Assembly: GCA_964035575.1 (NCBI GenBank)
Contig: OZ037835.1
Coordinates: forward strand, 2,046,001 to 2,110,000
DNA from: Rhynchopus sp. YZ270_cl-10
Lineage: Eukaryota
Direction: 5' to 3'
Length of the DNA: 64,000 nucleotides
Position 1 is the first letter of the stretch. Each line of letters begins with the position of its first letter. Under the pieces are notes generated by a model, which did no database searches, had not been told where the DNA came from, and saw only the letters and a program-made list of their open reading frames with translations. This document shows, one piece after another, positions 37,868-50,292 of the stretch. Both the position numbers and the translations under genes were made by a program.

Positions 37868-40745
37868 ATGGGCCCGTTGCTGAGGCCTGGTGTGGTGTAC
37901 GCGGTGCTGTCGCTTGCAGCGCTGTGCAGTGGCGCTGCGTTTCGTGACACAAGTGTTGCTGTGCTTGACGGAGGCGGCCGTGCGGTGTTGTATGTAACAA
38001 GCAACTTTGTGCAGTGTCGTGTCATCGACTCAGACGGACGTACCTTCTCATGGGTCATGAACAGATTGCCCTCAGACCCGGACACAGCTCCCATCCTCTC
38101 CTCCCCTGCAATTATCAGGACAAACGACGGATTCGTGACTGTGTGGCAGCAGACGTACCCTGGGGTCAACTCAAGCATCGTGGCGAGAGTTGCGAGTATG
38201 TCCACCAAGCGGATATCTTTATACGTGACCGTCATCTCCGACTCAGACTCCAGGTACAACATGGAGCCCCATCTCCTCAGAAATGACAACTACATTTACG
38301 TTGCGTGGACCGCTTCGTACAACGGAAACGACACTGTGCGTGCCTCGTCCAACGCAACCGCCGCTGTCTCGAGGACGTACCTTGTAGACCGGAATATACT
38401 GTCCGCGAAGACTGGTGTCGAGGCGACTGCGGATTTCTCCGAAGACGCGTTTTCGCTGTACGACAGCTGCCGTGCCTGTGCTGTGGCAGGGCGGCACGTC
38501 TCCACACAGTTCTCCTTCAACATCGATGTGCACTACGTCATTGCCTGCGAATCCGACGGTGCTTCGATGGAGCAGGTTTTTGTTCATGTGCACCATGCAG
38601 GTGTGACGTCGCCCTACGACACGACTTTCAAGGAAATGCTTGTCCCCAAGGCAACGTGCCCTGCGGTGGGTGGCTTGGAGGATGCGGTTCTGTTTGGTAT
38701 GTACCGGGGCAACAGTCTTGCGTTGGTGTGCTCGCAAAGCACGCCGGAGCATGCGTCGGGGTGTGTGGGTGCCGCACATTCCTTGGGGTTTGCTGTCGAC
38801 GTCGACGCGCCTATTACGTTTACTGAGTTGAGCAATGAACAGGCAGCGTTGTCCTTTACGGTTAAGAGGGATGGTGGCGTGTCTGTGGTGACGGTGTTCT
38901 TTGCGCCTATGGGGGTAGAGCTGTTGCAGAACACCACGTGGAGATGGATTACGGGGTTGGCACCCAACGTCACACTGAACCCCACGTCTGTCCCTGCGGG
39001 CGAGTTTGTGGTCGCCTCCGCTGCAGTGCCCGGTGGAGGCATGGAGCAGTGCTATCCAGTCCGATCATCCTTCTACTACGTAAAGTGCTTCAACGTGGCA
39101 GCGTTCAACGCCACCCCAGGCACAACAACGTCGCCAGAAACGAATGTGCCCATCCGCTACATCACCCCCGTCCCCATCGAAACGCCGCGGGTCCTCAACT
39201 CCACCTCCGCAGGTGTTGGCCTCACCAGTGGTGGATTTGCCCTTGTGGTGGTGTACGAAACCGGAGAGCAGTACAACTCCGTGTACGCGAACACCTACCC
39301 ATATCTTGCAGCGGGTGCGTCAGCTCCGGGCACACCAACGGTTGTGCAGTTGAATGATTTTGAGGCACAGTCGGGTGTGTTTGAATCCCCAGCACGTCCC
39401 GCAGTGTCGGCGTTGAACAGAACAGGGGAGGTTCTCGACGGCTTCGTAGCGGCCTGGGATGTTCACAACAACGCAACAGATCTCAGGGAAATCCACCTCC
39501 GTACAGTGTCCAACTATGGAACCATGGGGCCCAGCCAGGTTGTGTCCGGCGACACCACCCCGCACTGAAAGGGAAGAACCAAACCCACCCTGCGCTGTGC
39601 GGTCTGGGAGACGGACGCACAGTCATGGCATGGCAGAACGGCAACTCCGTGGTGATGCAGGTCATCAACGGCAGCACCATCACCCAGATCTCCACGGACG
39701 GTGAGGACGCTCGGGTCCGTGGTGTGGTGTGTCACGGGCAGCGCGTTTATGTTTTGTACATCAGCTTTTCGCCGCTCCACCCGGAAGCGACCAAATTGCA
39801 GTGGAGCCAGTACTCGGTCGGGACGAACAGCGATGGGCTGTTTTACGTGAACGGCGTGGTGGTGCATATGTACGGGATATTTGACCACTACTATGCGTCG
39901 TCTATTTCGTTGTTCCCCGACACCGGGAACATTCTCATTGCTTGGGAGTGCATTCTGGGTGCGGAGGCTGTGGTGCGCATACAGGAGTACACCTCCACTG
40001 GGCAGCCGCTTCTTGGCGGTGTCGACAGCTACGGGGTGCACATCGGACCGATAGGCGACTTCTCGCGCAACCCAAAGGTCGTTGCCGCAGAGAACGGCTT
40101 CTTCCGTATGGTCTTCAACTCAGGCACCGTGGGCGACCAGAAATGGATACTGACAGGGCTTATGTTCAACGAGTCCGGAGCAGTGATAGACCAGACCGAC
40201 GTTGCTGCAGTCACAACTGCCAATCAGTGGTACGCCTTCGATGCCTTTGCGACAAGAGATGCGGGGAGGGTCACCAACATGCTTGTCTCCTTCGCAGACG
40301 AAACCCGGCTGGCAATGCCTCAGACATTCTATTCCGTGCAAAGCCCTTCACCTACACAAACGCGCTCAATTCTGTGACCCGAGGACCAGAAGGGTTCGTG
40401 TACACCCCGCTCCCCACTCCGGTGACGCCAGGGGTGACCCCGACGCGTGCGCCGCCAATCGCACCACCACCAAGAACACCAGCCCCGCCATATATCCCAC
40501 CATACATCCCGCCGCACGGGAGTGGCAGTTCTGAGTCGGACAGTGCGGACACAGAGAAGGAGGGCTATCTGTTTGTGATCCTCGCGCTGTCTGCGGTGCT
40601 TGTGTGTGTTGTCTGTGCGGGGTGTCTGTACTGGATGGCACAACGGCGCGCGATGCAGTCCCTAGAAATGGACCCCACCAACCACGCCTTCCTTGAACCT
40701 TTCCACGAAGACTTAATCCCAGTGGAGATGACGGTCGTGGAATGA
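37868..40745 (+). pseudogene. Type I surface membrane protein split by two apparent 1-nt deletions (pseudogene or assembly error)
   Basis: Signal peptide; repeated P.V..L..GGF.VVW-type beta motifs; Pro-rich stalk; C-terminal TM. Adding one C at ~39558-39561 and one A at ~40301-40303 gives a single ORF. Confidence 0.7.
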
Positions 40746-41296
40746 GCGATTAGAGAATGTGATTTTTTGGGATATTGCTGGGTTATTACGATTTTTTTTA
40801 GTGATGAATTACAGCCCACCGACACCCGGAAAAAACGGTACAATGAAGGTTGTGTTTCCGTATGGGGTGGGGTATTTTCTTTTTCAAAGTTTTTATGTTG
40901 GCAAAGCGGAGGCTGGAGTTCATATTTGTCATTTTTTTGTTCTCTTATTATAAGGGCAGACGAGAGTGCACAGAGTAGTGCCGTGTTTTTTTGTTTGCTG
41001 AGATTCTAATTGCCTGCATTATCGAAGCTTTCCTTGAACACAGCAACCCCCCTCACAACACGAGGCGCATTCTTGTTCATTGTGCTCTTTCTCGCTCCTC
41101 TCATTCTGTAGAGAGGGGGCTTCGTGAGGCGTGAAATCACTACAAACCCACGTCTTTCTCTCTCCCCGCTTTTTCCTGTTTTGGCGTTTTTTTATTACGC
41201 ACACTACCAGTGTTTTTTCTAGGATTCGGGGTTTTTGGCTGACGGGGGGGCACAGGGCAAAAAAGTGCATATATTTTTTTTGGGAAAATGACTATA

Positions 41297-42435
41297 ACAC
41301 CCACGTTACTAATACCCATTTACGATAATACCCACTGGGTATTATCGTAAACTTTTTGGGTATTGCCCAGGTACCCAGGTACGATGTGATTTAGCTGGCT
41401 ACTCGCGCAAGGTATCAGAGGCGCTCGCACGCTGGTGAATGTGCAGACAAGGTATGGTTTCATCGACCCCACAGAAAATACAATTTTCACTAAATATATG
41501 GGGGGGGGTTTTACACAACTTTTTGCATCCCTCTTACATCCTCAAATTCAGGGCAACCATTTTTCTTGACAATTAACAATTAATCTTTCTCCAAGCGACA
41601 TAACTTAATTACACCCACATTTACACTCATCACAGGATCGCGAAATCTGAACTGCATCAGCGATTGCGCTTCTCCGTCTCCGACATTCTACAGCTCAACA
41701 CACGAGTGGGAACATTTAGTCAGTCACTGCTATAGCCATTAACCCAGGGAGCATAGCTAGTGCAAGAAATTCGACTTTGGCAAACCTTCCGGAAAGTCTG
41801 TCCTCTGCTCGCGGAGGACTAGACACAAGAAAATATTGCGTTCCCCCAGAAAACCAGTGCATAATTCACACTCCTTGTGGGTGGTCTTGTTGCCTTTTCG
41901 TCATAGTAATTTTGGCCCAGGCACGCTCTTGAAGCATCCCTTCGACCCCTCGTGGGTTCACTGAACAAGCCCTAGTGGTAGTTAAACGCGATTGACATTT
42001 ACATTCCTAGAGATGAAAGTACAAGACAACACTTCTGTACCCGCGCATCAAAATTGTGGAAAACTTTGCACCCCAAACACCCTCAACAACGCCCGCCAAA
42101 AGGGGCCCCTTGTTTGTGGGAGTTGGTTCTCATTGATACCTGCACAGCGGGCATTCCTCTGAGTCCAACGCATGTTTGGCCTGTCTGCGGCGTTGTACTT
42201 CAGGTGCACGAAGACAGGGTCTGGTGGTAAATTTTGCGTAGTACTGCGTGGGTCTGGGAATATGGGTACCTGGGTACAGGATATTTGTTGTGAAAGACAT
42301 CTTCCACCATGCATTGAGGAGGGCTTGATAGCATTACACATTTAACTTCTCCACGGGGGTCTTTGGCCTACTAATACCCATTTACGATAATACCCAGTGG
42401 GTATTATCGTAAATGGGTATTAGTAACGTGGGTGT
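41297..42435. mobile_element. TA-flanked TIR element (ACACCCACGTTACTAATACCC...) carrying internal modules shared with the CACG elements
   Basis: ~55-bp TIRs with palindromic TTTACGATAATACCCA(C/G)TGGGTATTATCGTAAA; interior matches 32450-33365 in blocks. Confidence 0.75.
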
Positions 42436-43592
42436 TATGATAATTACCCCATTTTTTTTCTCGCGGTCGATCATGCAACAGGGGATTATATAGGTTTTGT
42501 GTGGTTTTCGTTTAAACTCGGCCGAGCCAGCTCAAATTAGGGCCCCCTGGCGATGTGAGAATTCCTCGGTTGTCCAACTGTGGAGTTCGGCACTTCATTG
42601 ATATTTGCACCAGGCACGCGTGGTGCATGAATTGTCAGTAACCTCAGTACATTTACAAAAGAAACAGCGGTCATGGCACCCAAAGGTTCCTGTCGAAGCC
42701 ACGGTACGCAACATTTATGAAAATGTTGCCAGAAAATGGCACTGGAATTGGTAATTATCGTCAGTTTCCGTAAATTTTACTTCCATATTTGGCTAAACGA
42801 ATGTTTCTGGCGAAGCCACGGTACGCAACGTTTCAAAAAATTGTGTTTAAAATTGCACATTTTTACTGCCAAACAGAGAGGAGCTACAACTACAGCACCT
42901 GGGACGCAAAACAGTTATGTTGCTACGGAAACGCCGACTCCCCTTACTTCCTGGTGAGGCTCGCCACCCCAACCACTCTGCCCCCCCGCCCCAGGTGTAG
43001 CCGTAAGTCGGGGATCGATCCCCGGGCCAAAATTCCCAGATTTTCCCCCTAACAAACTGCATGGGAAATGCTGCCTTAGCAATATTAGATTTAAGGATCA
43101 ATTTGAATCCTGGGCCGGAACACGGATTTGGATTCAGAGGATCCCAATCTTTCCAATAACGGCATTTTCTGGGGGTGGAAAAATACCCTGCTTTCTTGCG
43201 AGGGGGTTGGGCCAAAAAAATATAGGCACCCGAACAATCCCCTGTGTATACTGTGTATACTGTGTGCGGAAATTGACCAAAAACGAGAACTTGTCCATTT
43301 CGGCAAATTGACCCCACCACTGGCCGGACGGATTCCGGAAATGCAAATGCTGGCGTTTAAAAGCTCACCAACGAAGAAAAAAATTTTCCAACACCGGTAT
43401 ACCCCCCTTATCTACTCAACGTAAAGTATTTTGATGTATTTTTGGCATCATAATACATCAAAATACATCAAAATACATCAAAATACACGTGTATTTTGAT
43501 GTATTTTGATGTATTTTGTGTATTCCAATGGGCTCCCATCACAATACTGCCACCACTACCCCGCCCCCCCTCTAGAAAAAAACACTGACACT

Positions 43593-45753
43593 CAGGGCGT
43601 TCGCTATCGCCATCGTTTTTTCCTGATCGTGGCGAAATGCCAAAAAATCCGAAATTTTTGCTTTTTTACTAGTGCTTAAAATAGGTCAAAAAAAATTTTC
43701 CCGCCGGAGAGAAGCTAGTTCGTGGGGGGTGAATCCCTGGTACTGAGTGGTCAAAAAAAATTGCGATTTGCGCGTGATCCCTTCCCCAGCACAAGTGCTA
43801 TTACAGCTGAACTTTCCTGATACTAAAACCAGCAAAACGATGGAGAATTTCATCAATCCCCCCCTCACTGAGGGTCTCTTTGTGCTGTTTAATCAAACAG
43901 ATGCACAAGAGAGAGGCATCTGTCATATGAGACTTCATCCTTAGTTTGATTATTTTCAATAAACTAAAACGTCTCTCTGCCGTTGAAGATAGAGTTGACA
44001 CGAGCAGTGACACCTTCTATAACAGGGGGTACGGGGCACCTTCAGCAGACTGCAGGATTGAGGAGCGGGAGTGCTGGGGAAACTTCCTCTCACGGCAGGC
44101 GGGTTTGCGGATGATTTTGAGTACAGTGGACACCCCTCTGCGACCCCCCCTCCGGGGGGGTCTACAGGGTGGTGGGGAGAAATCTCTCTCTCTTTTTTTT
44201 TTTTTTTTTTCCCCTTTTTTTTTTTTTATTTATTCACGGGTCGGGACAGTGGTCGCGCTAATTATGGGAAAAAATGGGGGAAAAATGGATTTCGGGTACG
44301 GAAAAACGTTCCTTGAAAAGGTTAGCTGGGGAGGCCCGGAAACCCCGTTTTGTGGCATTTCCGGGCCAATCCCGGCTTGTGGTGGGGTATATACGGAAAA
44401 ATGGACAAAATTTTAGTGACTTAAATTTTCGCAAAATATGAACCCATACTCGTAAACAAGGGTCATTTTCAGGAAAATTCGGAAAATTCCGAGATTTGGA
44501 AGCAATTTTTCTCCTGAAAATCAGTGGGTTTTCAGCCTCAAAACATACCGCGATTGGAATTTCCGGAATCCGTCCGCGCTGTGGTGGGGTCACTTTGCCG
44601 AAATGGCCAATTTTTTGGTTTTGGTCAAAATCCATGTAGGGTAAAGAGGGCCAATGTAAATCCCACAACCAGATTTTCTCTCCCTGATCCTGACGTCTTG
44701 CAACATGAAAATGCGCGAAAACACCGGCATTTGCATTTCCGGAATTCGTCCGTTCTGTGGTGGGGTCAATTTGCCGAAATGGACAAGTTCTTGGTTTTGG
44801 TCAAAACCCGTAAGTGTAAGGTAAAGGGGGCAAGTGTTTGCCTGTAGAAACTGGAAGGGAACAGGCAGCGCCGCAGGCGCACGGTAACCAACTTTTTTTT
44901 TTTTCCTTTCCTTTTTTCTCCTCTTTCTTTTGACTTTCCGAGCCAATTGCGTTCCACGGCGGGGTCACATGTATATGCAAGTCCACTATGTGGTGGTCTT
45001 ACTCAACAATATTAGAACTTCTGGTTTCTTAATGAAATCCCCGTACTGCAAAAAAAAAAACGTTCCTACCAAAACCCCCAAAAATCCCGGGATGAGGGAT
45101 GGACTTTAGCGCGAGCTCTGGGGTCGGGAAAGATCTTTTTTTTTTTTTTTTTTTCCGAGAAAAAAAATCCTCTTCTCCCGAAAAAAAAAAAAAAAAAAGA
45201 TTTTTGGGAGAAAAAAAAAAGAGAAAAGATTTGAAAATCCTGGAAAAATCCTGAAAAAATCCTGAAAAATCCTGGAAAAATCCATGAAATTTCATGAAAA
45301 ATCTCGAGATCTTGAGAAATCTTTGAAAAAAAAAAAAAAAGATTTTCAAAATCTTTTTTTTTTTTTCCCAAAAAGATTTTTCAAAATCCCAAAAATCTTT
45401 TTTATCTTTTTTTTGAGAAAAAAAAGATTTTCAAGATCTTTTTCATCTTTTTTTCTCTTTTTTTCTCTTTTTTTCCTTTTTTTCCTTTTTTTTTCAGGAT
45501 TTTTCAAAGATTTCAAAGATCTCGAGAGATCCTGAAAAAAAAAGACAAAAATCCTGAAAATCTTGATTTTTTTTTTTTTTCTCTCGAAAAAAGACAAAAA
45601 AAGACAAAAGATCTTTCCTAACCCGTGTTTATTTATTTATACAGGGTTTCGCCCCGGTGGGGCGAAGCCCTGGGGCGAAATAAAATGTCATTTTTTCAGG
45701 AAAAGATTTTTTTAACGAAAAAAAATATTTTTCGCCCCGGGGCGAACGCCCTG
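43593..45753 (-). mobile_element. Non-autonomous hAT element, copy 1, 8-bp TSD CTGACACT
   Basis: TIR CAGGGCGTTCGC/GCGAACGCCCTG; minus-strand hATC remnant STAERRFSLLKIIKLRMKSHMTD. Confidence 0.92.
44235..45627. mobile_element. CACG...CGTG element with TT TSD nested in hAT copy 1
   Basis: TT|CACGGGT ... ACCCGTG|TT; hAT copy 2 shows the empty (TTTA)n site. Confidence 0.8.
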
Positions 45754-47136
45754 CTGACACTACTTTGTGAGGGGAAAATGTCGCGTCGTTCAGCAGTGCC
45801 TGCGTCCGCCAATGAATGGTGAAGGCGTTTGCAGTTTCAACTTCTCTTTTTTTATCTTCTTCAGACATGCGTTCGTTTCCTATGACACCAGTCAAAAAAA
45901 ATTCAAAAAAAGCTCCCCCCTCTCGAACATTGCACCACAACGAGGGGGTGCGTTCAATGAAAATCATTTTTTTTTGTGCAGAAAAAATTAAACGTCAGAA
46001 TTCATTTTTGTTTTGTTCACCTCCCCCACGCTCCCCCTCTCCTCTTCCTCTGATGCATCTCATACAAAGTAACGCGCCCTTCCTCTCCATCCCCCACGTC
46101 TACAAAACTATCAAGCATAATTAAACAGAGCACAACGCACTTTCAAAACATACAACACGTTTTCAAACTCCCCCCTGATGCATCTCACCTCGTTTCTGTA
46201 CTTCAGGATGATACACCATACTACAAATGGCATGCAATGTGCCCAACAAACCTATGCAATCTGTACGAAGACGACTTCGTTGTCAGACGACGCCTTCATC
46301 CAGGACTACGACCACGTGGCCGCACACAACACTGTTTCTTGGAATGAGCTGGACTCTCGCTCCTTTTCTCCCTCTTTTTGATCTTGAGGTTTCCTTTTTA
46401 CATCTTCTGTTGTTGGCCGCAGGGTACTTGTGCTTTCATCCGGATGGCTGGCATCGTACGTGGGTCAGTCGGAGGTGCCTGCATTAATAACTTCACTATT
46501 GACCCTCTTGATATACCTTGATAAGACCTCTGCAGTGACAGCCCTGCCTACCTGGGACACAACAGCATGGGGCCACATCTTCCGGTTCATGTCGAGAACC
46601 GCTGTACTGCTGAAGAATTCAATCACGTCGTCGTCTCCGCTTAAGCAGTTCGTTTCACAACCCCCGCCTGTACATAGCACAGCAGCTCCGTCCACCAACT
46701 CCTCCCTACCAAAAAGCTCCGAAGAAGGGGCAAAAGACGCGCGGGTACCATTTCCGACCCCTTAAGGGAAGTGGGTCTGCGATTAACGCATCAACGTGCA
46801 TAAACCATCTCAGTGACCTGGCTTCCAGCTCCGGACCCTCGGCCATGCGTGACGACCCGCAATGTTTACTTCTTTCCTGCTCTCTTTTCTTTGCGGTAAT
46901 ATTTCAAAACTTAACATGACTTTTCGTTTCCACAAAAGTTATGATTGTCTCCATTCTTCTCTCCCTGTGTTTTCTTTCATTCCATTATTTTGTCATGAAA
47001 ATGTCAAAAAAGAAATAGAATAAAACAAAGAATTGCCAATACAAACACCACCCAGTTAGTTCATAGACAGATGGACTGATCAATGGCTGTGTCTTGCACC
47101 ACTCCACTCCCACAACAGAAAACACACAAAACACGA

Positions 47137-49359
47137 ATGGAACTCAACATCGAGGGGTTTGATGGTCGGACGTACGTCGTCGATGTGGATGTGGATGACA
47201 CAGCGAAGGACCTGCAGCAGAAGGTGGCAACTGCAGCGGGGTTTGCTGAAGACAGCTTTGGCATGGACTTCGGAGGGAACGGCGAAGGAGAGGACATCAA
47301 CATCACAGCGCTGAGTGCTGGCGACACAGTCGTGTTGACGCAAACGCAGAAGCAAGAATCCCTTGCAGCTCTTCGTGCATTGGGTGAGACTGACCTCACA
47401 CCAGAGAGGCTTGCACGTGTGAAGGACCCCACGGTAGCGAAGTTGTTTCTGCAGGCAGAAGTTGTAACTGCGATTCCGAAGAGGTTCCTCGCAAGCACTA
47501 ATTTACGTAGCCTTGATCTGAGTGCCCCGTTGGCTGTCACTGCGATTGATGACTGCTTCTTATATCAGTGTACATCACTGGAATCAATCAACCTGTCTGG
47601 GCTGCACAACGTCACGACAATAGGTGCGTACTTCCTGGAGGACTGTACTTCATTGCGCACTTTTGAGCCATTCAACTTTGCAGGATTTGGGAGTGTCACA
47701 AGCCTCGGGACCTACTTCTTGTCAGGTTGCTCGGCGTTAACCTCAATCGACTTTGCAGGATTGAGCAATGTCACAAGCCTTGGGTACAACTTCTTATCAG
47801 ATTGCACTTCGTTAACCTCCATCAGCTTTGCAGGATTGAGCAGTGTTACGAGCCTTGGAGACGACTTCTTATCTGGTTGCACTGCGTTAACCTCCATCGA
47901 CTGTGCAGGATTCACGAGTGTCACAAGGCTTGGGGACTACTTCTTATCACGTTGCACGTCGTTAACCTCCATCGACTTTGCAGGATTGAGCAATGTCACA
48001 ATCCTTGGGAACTGCTTCTTATCACATTGCACGTCGTTAACATCCATCGACTTTGCAGAATTGAGCAATGTCACATGCCTTGGGGGCAGCTTCTTATCAG
48101 ATTGCACGTCGTTGAGCTGCATCAGCTTTGCAGGATTAGGCAGCGTAACAGTCCTTGAGCGCGGCTTCTTGTCAGGTTGCACGGCGTTAACCTCCATCAG
48201 CTTTGCAGGATTAGGCAGTGTTACGAGCCTTGGAGACTACTTCTTATCACAGTGCACGTCGTTAACCTCCATCGACTTCGCAAGATTGGGCAGTATCACG
48301 AGCCTTGGGGACCACTTCTTATCATATTGCACGTCGTTAGCCTACATCGACTTTGCAGAATTGAGCAATGTCACATGCCTTGGGGGCAGCTTCTTATCAG
48401 ATTGCACGTCGTTGAGCTGCATCAGCTTTGCAGGATTAGGCAGCGTAACAATCCTTGAGCGCGGCTTCTTATCCGGTTGCACGGCTTTAACCTCCATCAA
48501 CTTTGCAGGATTAGGCAGTGTTACGAGCCTTGGAGACTACTTCTTATCACAGTGCACGTCGTTAACCTCCATCGACTTCACAGCATTGAGCAGTGTCACC
48601 AGCCTTGGGGACTACTTCTTATCACATTGCATGTCCTTCACCTCCATCAGCTTTGCAGGATTGAGCAGTGCTACGAGCCTTGGAGACGACTTCTTATTAG
48701 GTTGCACTGCGTTGCCCTACATCGACTTTGCGGGATTAAGCAGTGTCACCAAGCTTGGGGGCAGCTTCTTATCATGTTGCACGGCGTTAACCTCCATCAA
48801 CTTTGCGGGATTGGGCAGTGTTACAAGTCTTGGGAACAGCTTCTTGTCAGAATGCACGTCGTTATGGTCCATCAACTTTGCAGGATTAGGCAGTGTTACA
48901 AGTCTTGGGAACTGCTTCTTATCACGTTGCACGTCGTTGACCTCCATCAACTTTGCAGGATTAGGCAGTGTCACCAAGCTTGAGGGCTACTTCTTATCAC
49001 ATTGCACGGCGTTAACCTCCATCGACTTTGCAGGACTAGGCAGTGTCAGATGTCTCGGGGGCAGCTTCTTATCAGGTTGCACGGCGTTAACCTCCATCAA
49101 CTTTGCAGGATTAGGCAGTGTCACATGCCTTGCGGACTACTTCTTATCACATTGCACGTCGTTAACCTCAATCGACTTTGCAGGATTAAGTGGCGTGACG
49201 CGAATTGGGAACGGCTTTCTTGATGATTGCATGTCTTTAAAGACACGAGACGAGGAGTGGTATTCATCAAGAATTAGTCAGGATGAACTGCGAAGTGCAG
49301 GACTACGTGGCTGCGATGAGTGCTTTGTAGACTGGGGTGATGAGTCTGGTAGCTGGTAA
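47137..49359 (+). CDS. Ubiquitin-like domain plus BspA/TpLRR-type leucine-rich repeat protein (~22-23 repeats of 25 aa)
   Basis: MELNIEGFDGRTYVVDVDVDDTAKDLQQKVA resembles a ubiquitin fold; repeat consensus FAGLGSVTSLGDYFLSxCTSLTSID; alternative ATG at 47083. Confidence 0.88.
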   Translation: MELNIEGFDGRTYVVDVDVDDTAKDLQQKVATAAGFAEDSFGMDFGGNGEGEDINITALSAGDTVVLTQTQKQESLAALRALGETDLTPERLARVKDPTVAKLFLQAEVVTAIPKRFLASTNLRSLDLSAPLAVTAIDDCFLYQCTSLESINLSGLHNVTTIGAYFLEDCTSLRTFEPFNFAGFGSVTSLGTYFLSGCSALTSIDFAGLSNVTSLGYNFLSDCTSLTSISFAGLSSVTSLGDDFLSGCTALTSIDCAGFTSVTRLGDYFLSRCTSLTSIDFAGLSNVTILGNCFLSHCTSLTSIDFAELSNVTCLGGSFLSDCTSLSCISFAGLGSVTVLERGFLSGCTALTSISFAGLGSVTSLGDYFLSQCTSLTSIDFARLGSITSLGDHFLSYCTSLAYIDFAELSNVTCLGGSFLSDCTSLSCISFAGLGSVTILERGFLSGCTALTSINFAGLGSVTSLGDYFLSQCTSLTSIDFTALSSVTSLGDYFLSHCMSFTSISFAGLSSATSLGDDFLLGCTALPYIDFAGLSSVTKLGGSFLSCCTALTSINFAGLGSVTSLGNSFLSECTSLWSINFAGLGSVTSLGNCFLSRCTSLTSINFAGLGSVTKLEGYFLSHCTALTSIDFAGLGSVRCLGGSFLSGCTALTSINFAGLGSVTCLADYFLSHCTSLTSIDFAGLSGVTRIGNGFLDDCMSLKTRDEEWYSSRISQDELRSAGLRGCDECFVDWGDESGSW

Positions 49360-49537
49360 CCAGCTAATAAGAAGGGCTGCCCAAAGTAAGGGAACAAAAT
49401 ACCAAACTTAACCCACAAAAACTCCTGACTGAACGTGCGTATGACGTGGGTAGTGTACCAACTACAGTAGTTCTGCTTGCGAAGGTCTGGATTTATTTGT
49501 AATGGGTAGAACAACTTTTTTTATATAGGTCGGTGTG

Positions 49538-50292
49538 CAGGGCGTTCGCTATCGCCATCGTTTTTTCCTGATCGTGGCGAAATGCCAAAAACCCTTAAAT
49601 TTTTGCTTTTTTACTAGTGCTTAAAATAGCCGGTCAAAATTTTTTTTCCGCCGGAGAGAAGCTAGTTCGTGGGGGGTGAATCCCTGGTACTGAGTGGTCA
49701 GAAAAAATTTGCGATTTGCGCGTGTTCCCTTCCCCAGCACAAGTGCTATTACAGCTGAACTTTCCTGATACTAAAACCAGCAAAACGATGGAGAATTTCA
49801 TCAATCCCCCCTCACTGAGGGTCTCTTTGTGTTGTTTAATCAAACAGATGTACAAGAGAGAGGCATCTGTCATATGAGACTTCATCCTTAGTTTGCTTAT
49901 TTTCAATAAACTAAAACGTCTCTCTGCCGTTGAAGGTACAGTTGACACGACTAGTGACACCTTCTATAACAGGGGGTACGGGGCACCTTCAGCAGACTGC
50001 AGGATTGAGGAGCGAGCGGGAGTGCTGGGGAAACTTCCTCTCACGGCAGGCGGGTTTGCGGAACAGTGGACACCCCTCTGCGACCCCCCCTCCGGGGGGG
50101 TCGACAGGGTGGTGGGGAGAAATCTCTCTCTCTTTTTTTTTTTTACCCCCCTTTTTTATTTATTTATTTATTTATTTATACAGGGTTTCGCCCCGGTGGG
50201 GCGAAGCCCTGGGGCGAAATAAAATGTCATTTTTTCAGGAAAAGATTTTTTTAACGAAAAAAAATATTTTTCGCCCCGGGGCGAACGCCCTG
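49538..50292 (-). mobile_element. Non-autonomous hAT element, copy 2 (755 bp), 8-bp TSD TCGGTGTG
   Basis: Same TIRs and hATC remnant (VPSTAERRFSLLK) as copy 1. Confidence 0.92.

Noticed and set aside
39550..40310. Programmed -1 frameshifting or non-canonical introns in the surface protein
   Set aside because: No in-frame X-XXY-YYZ slippery heptamer, and single-base homopolymer deletions explain both breaks more simply
45029..45597. Lys/Phe-rich ORFs
   Set aside because: Artefacts of A/T-run subterminal repeats in the nested element
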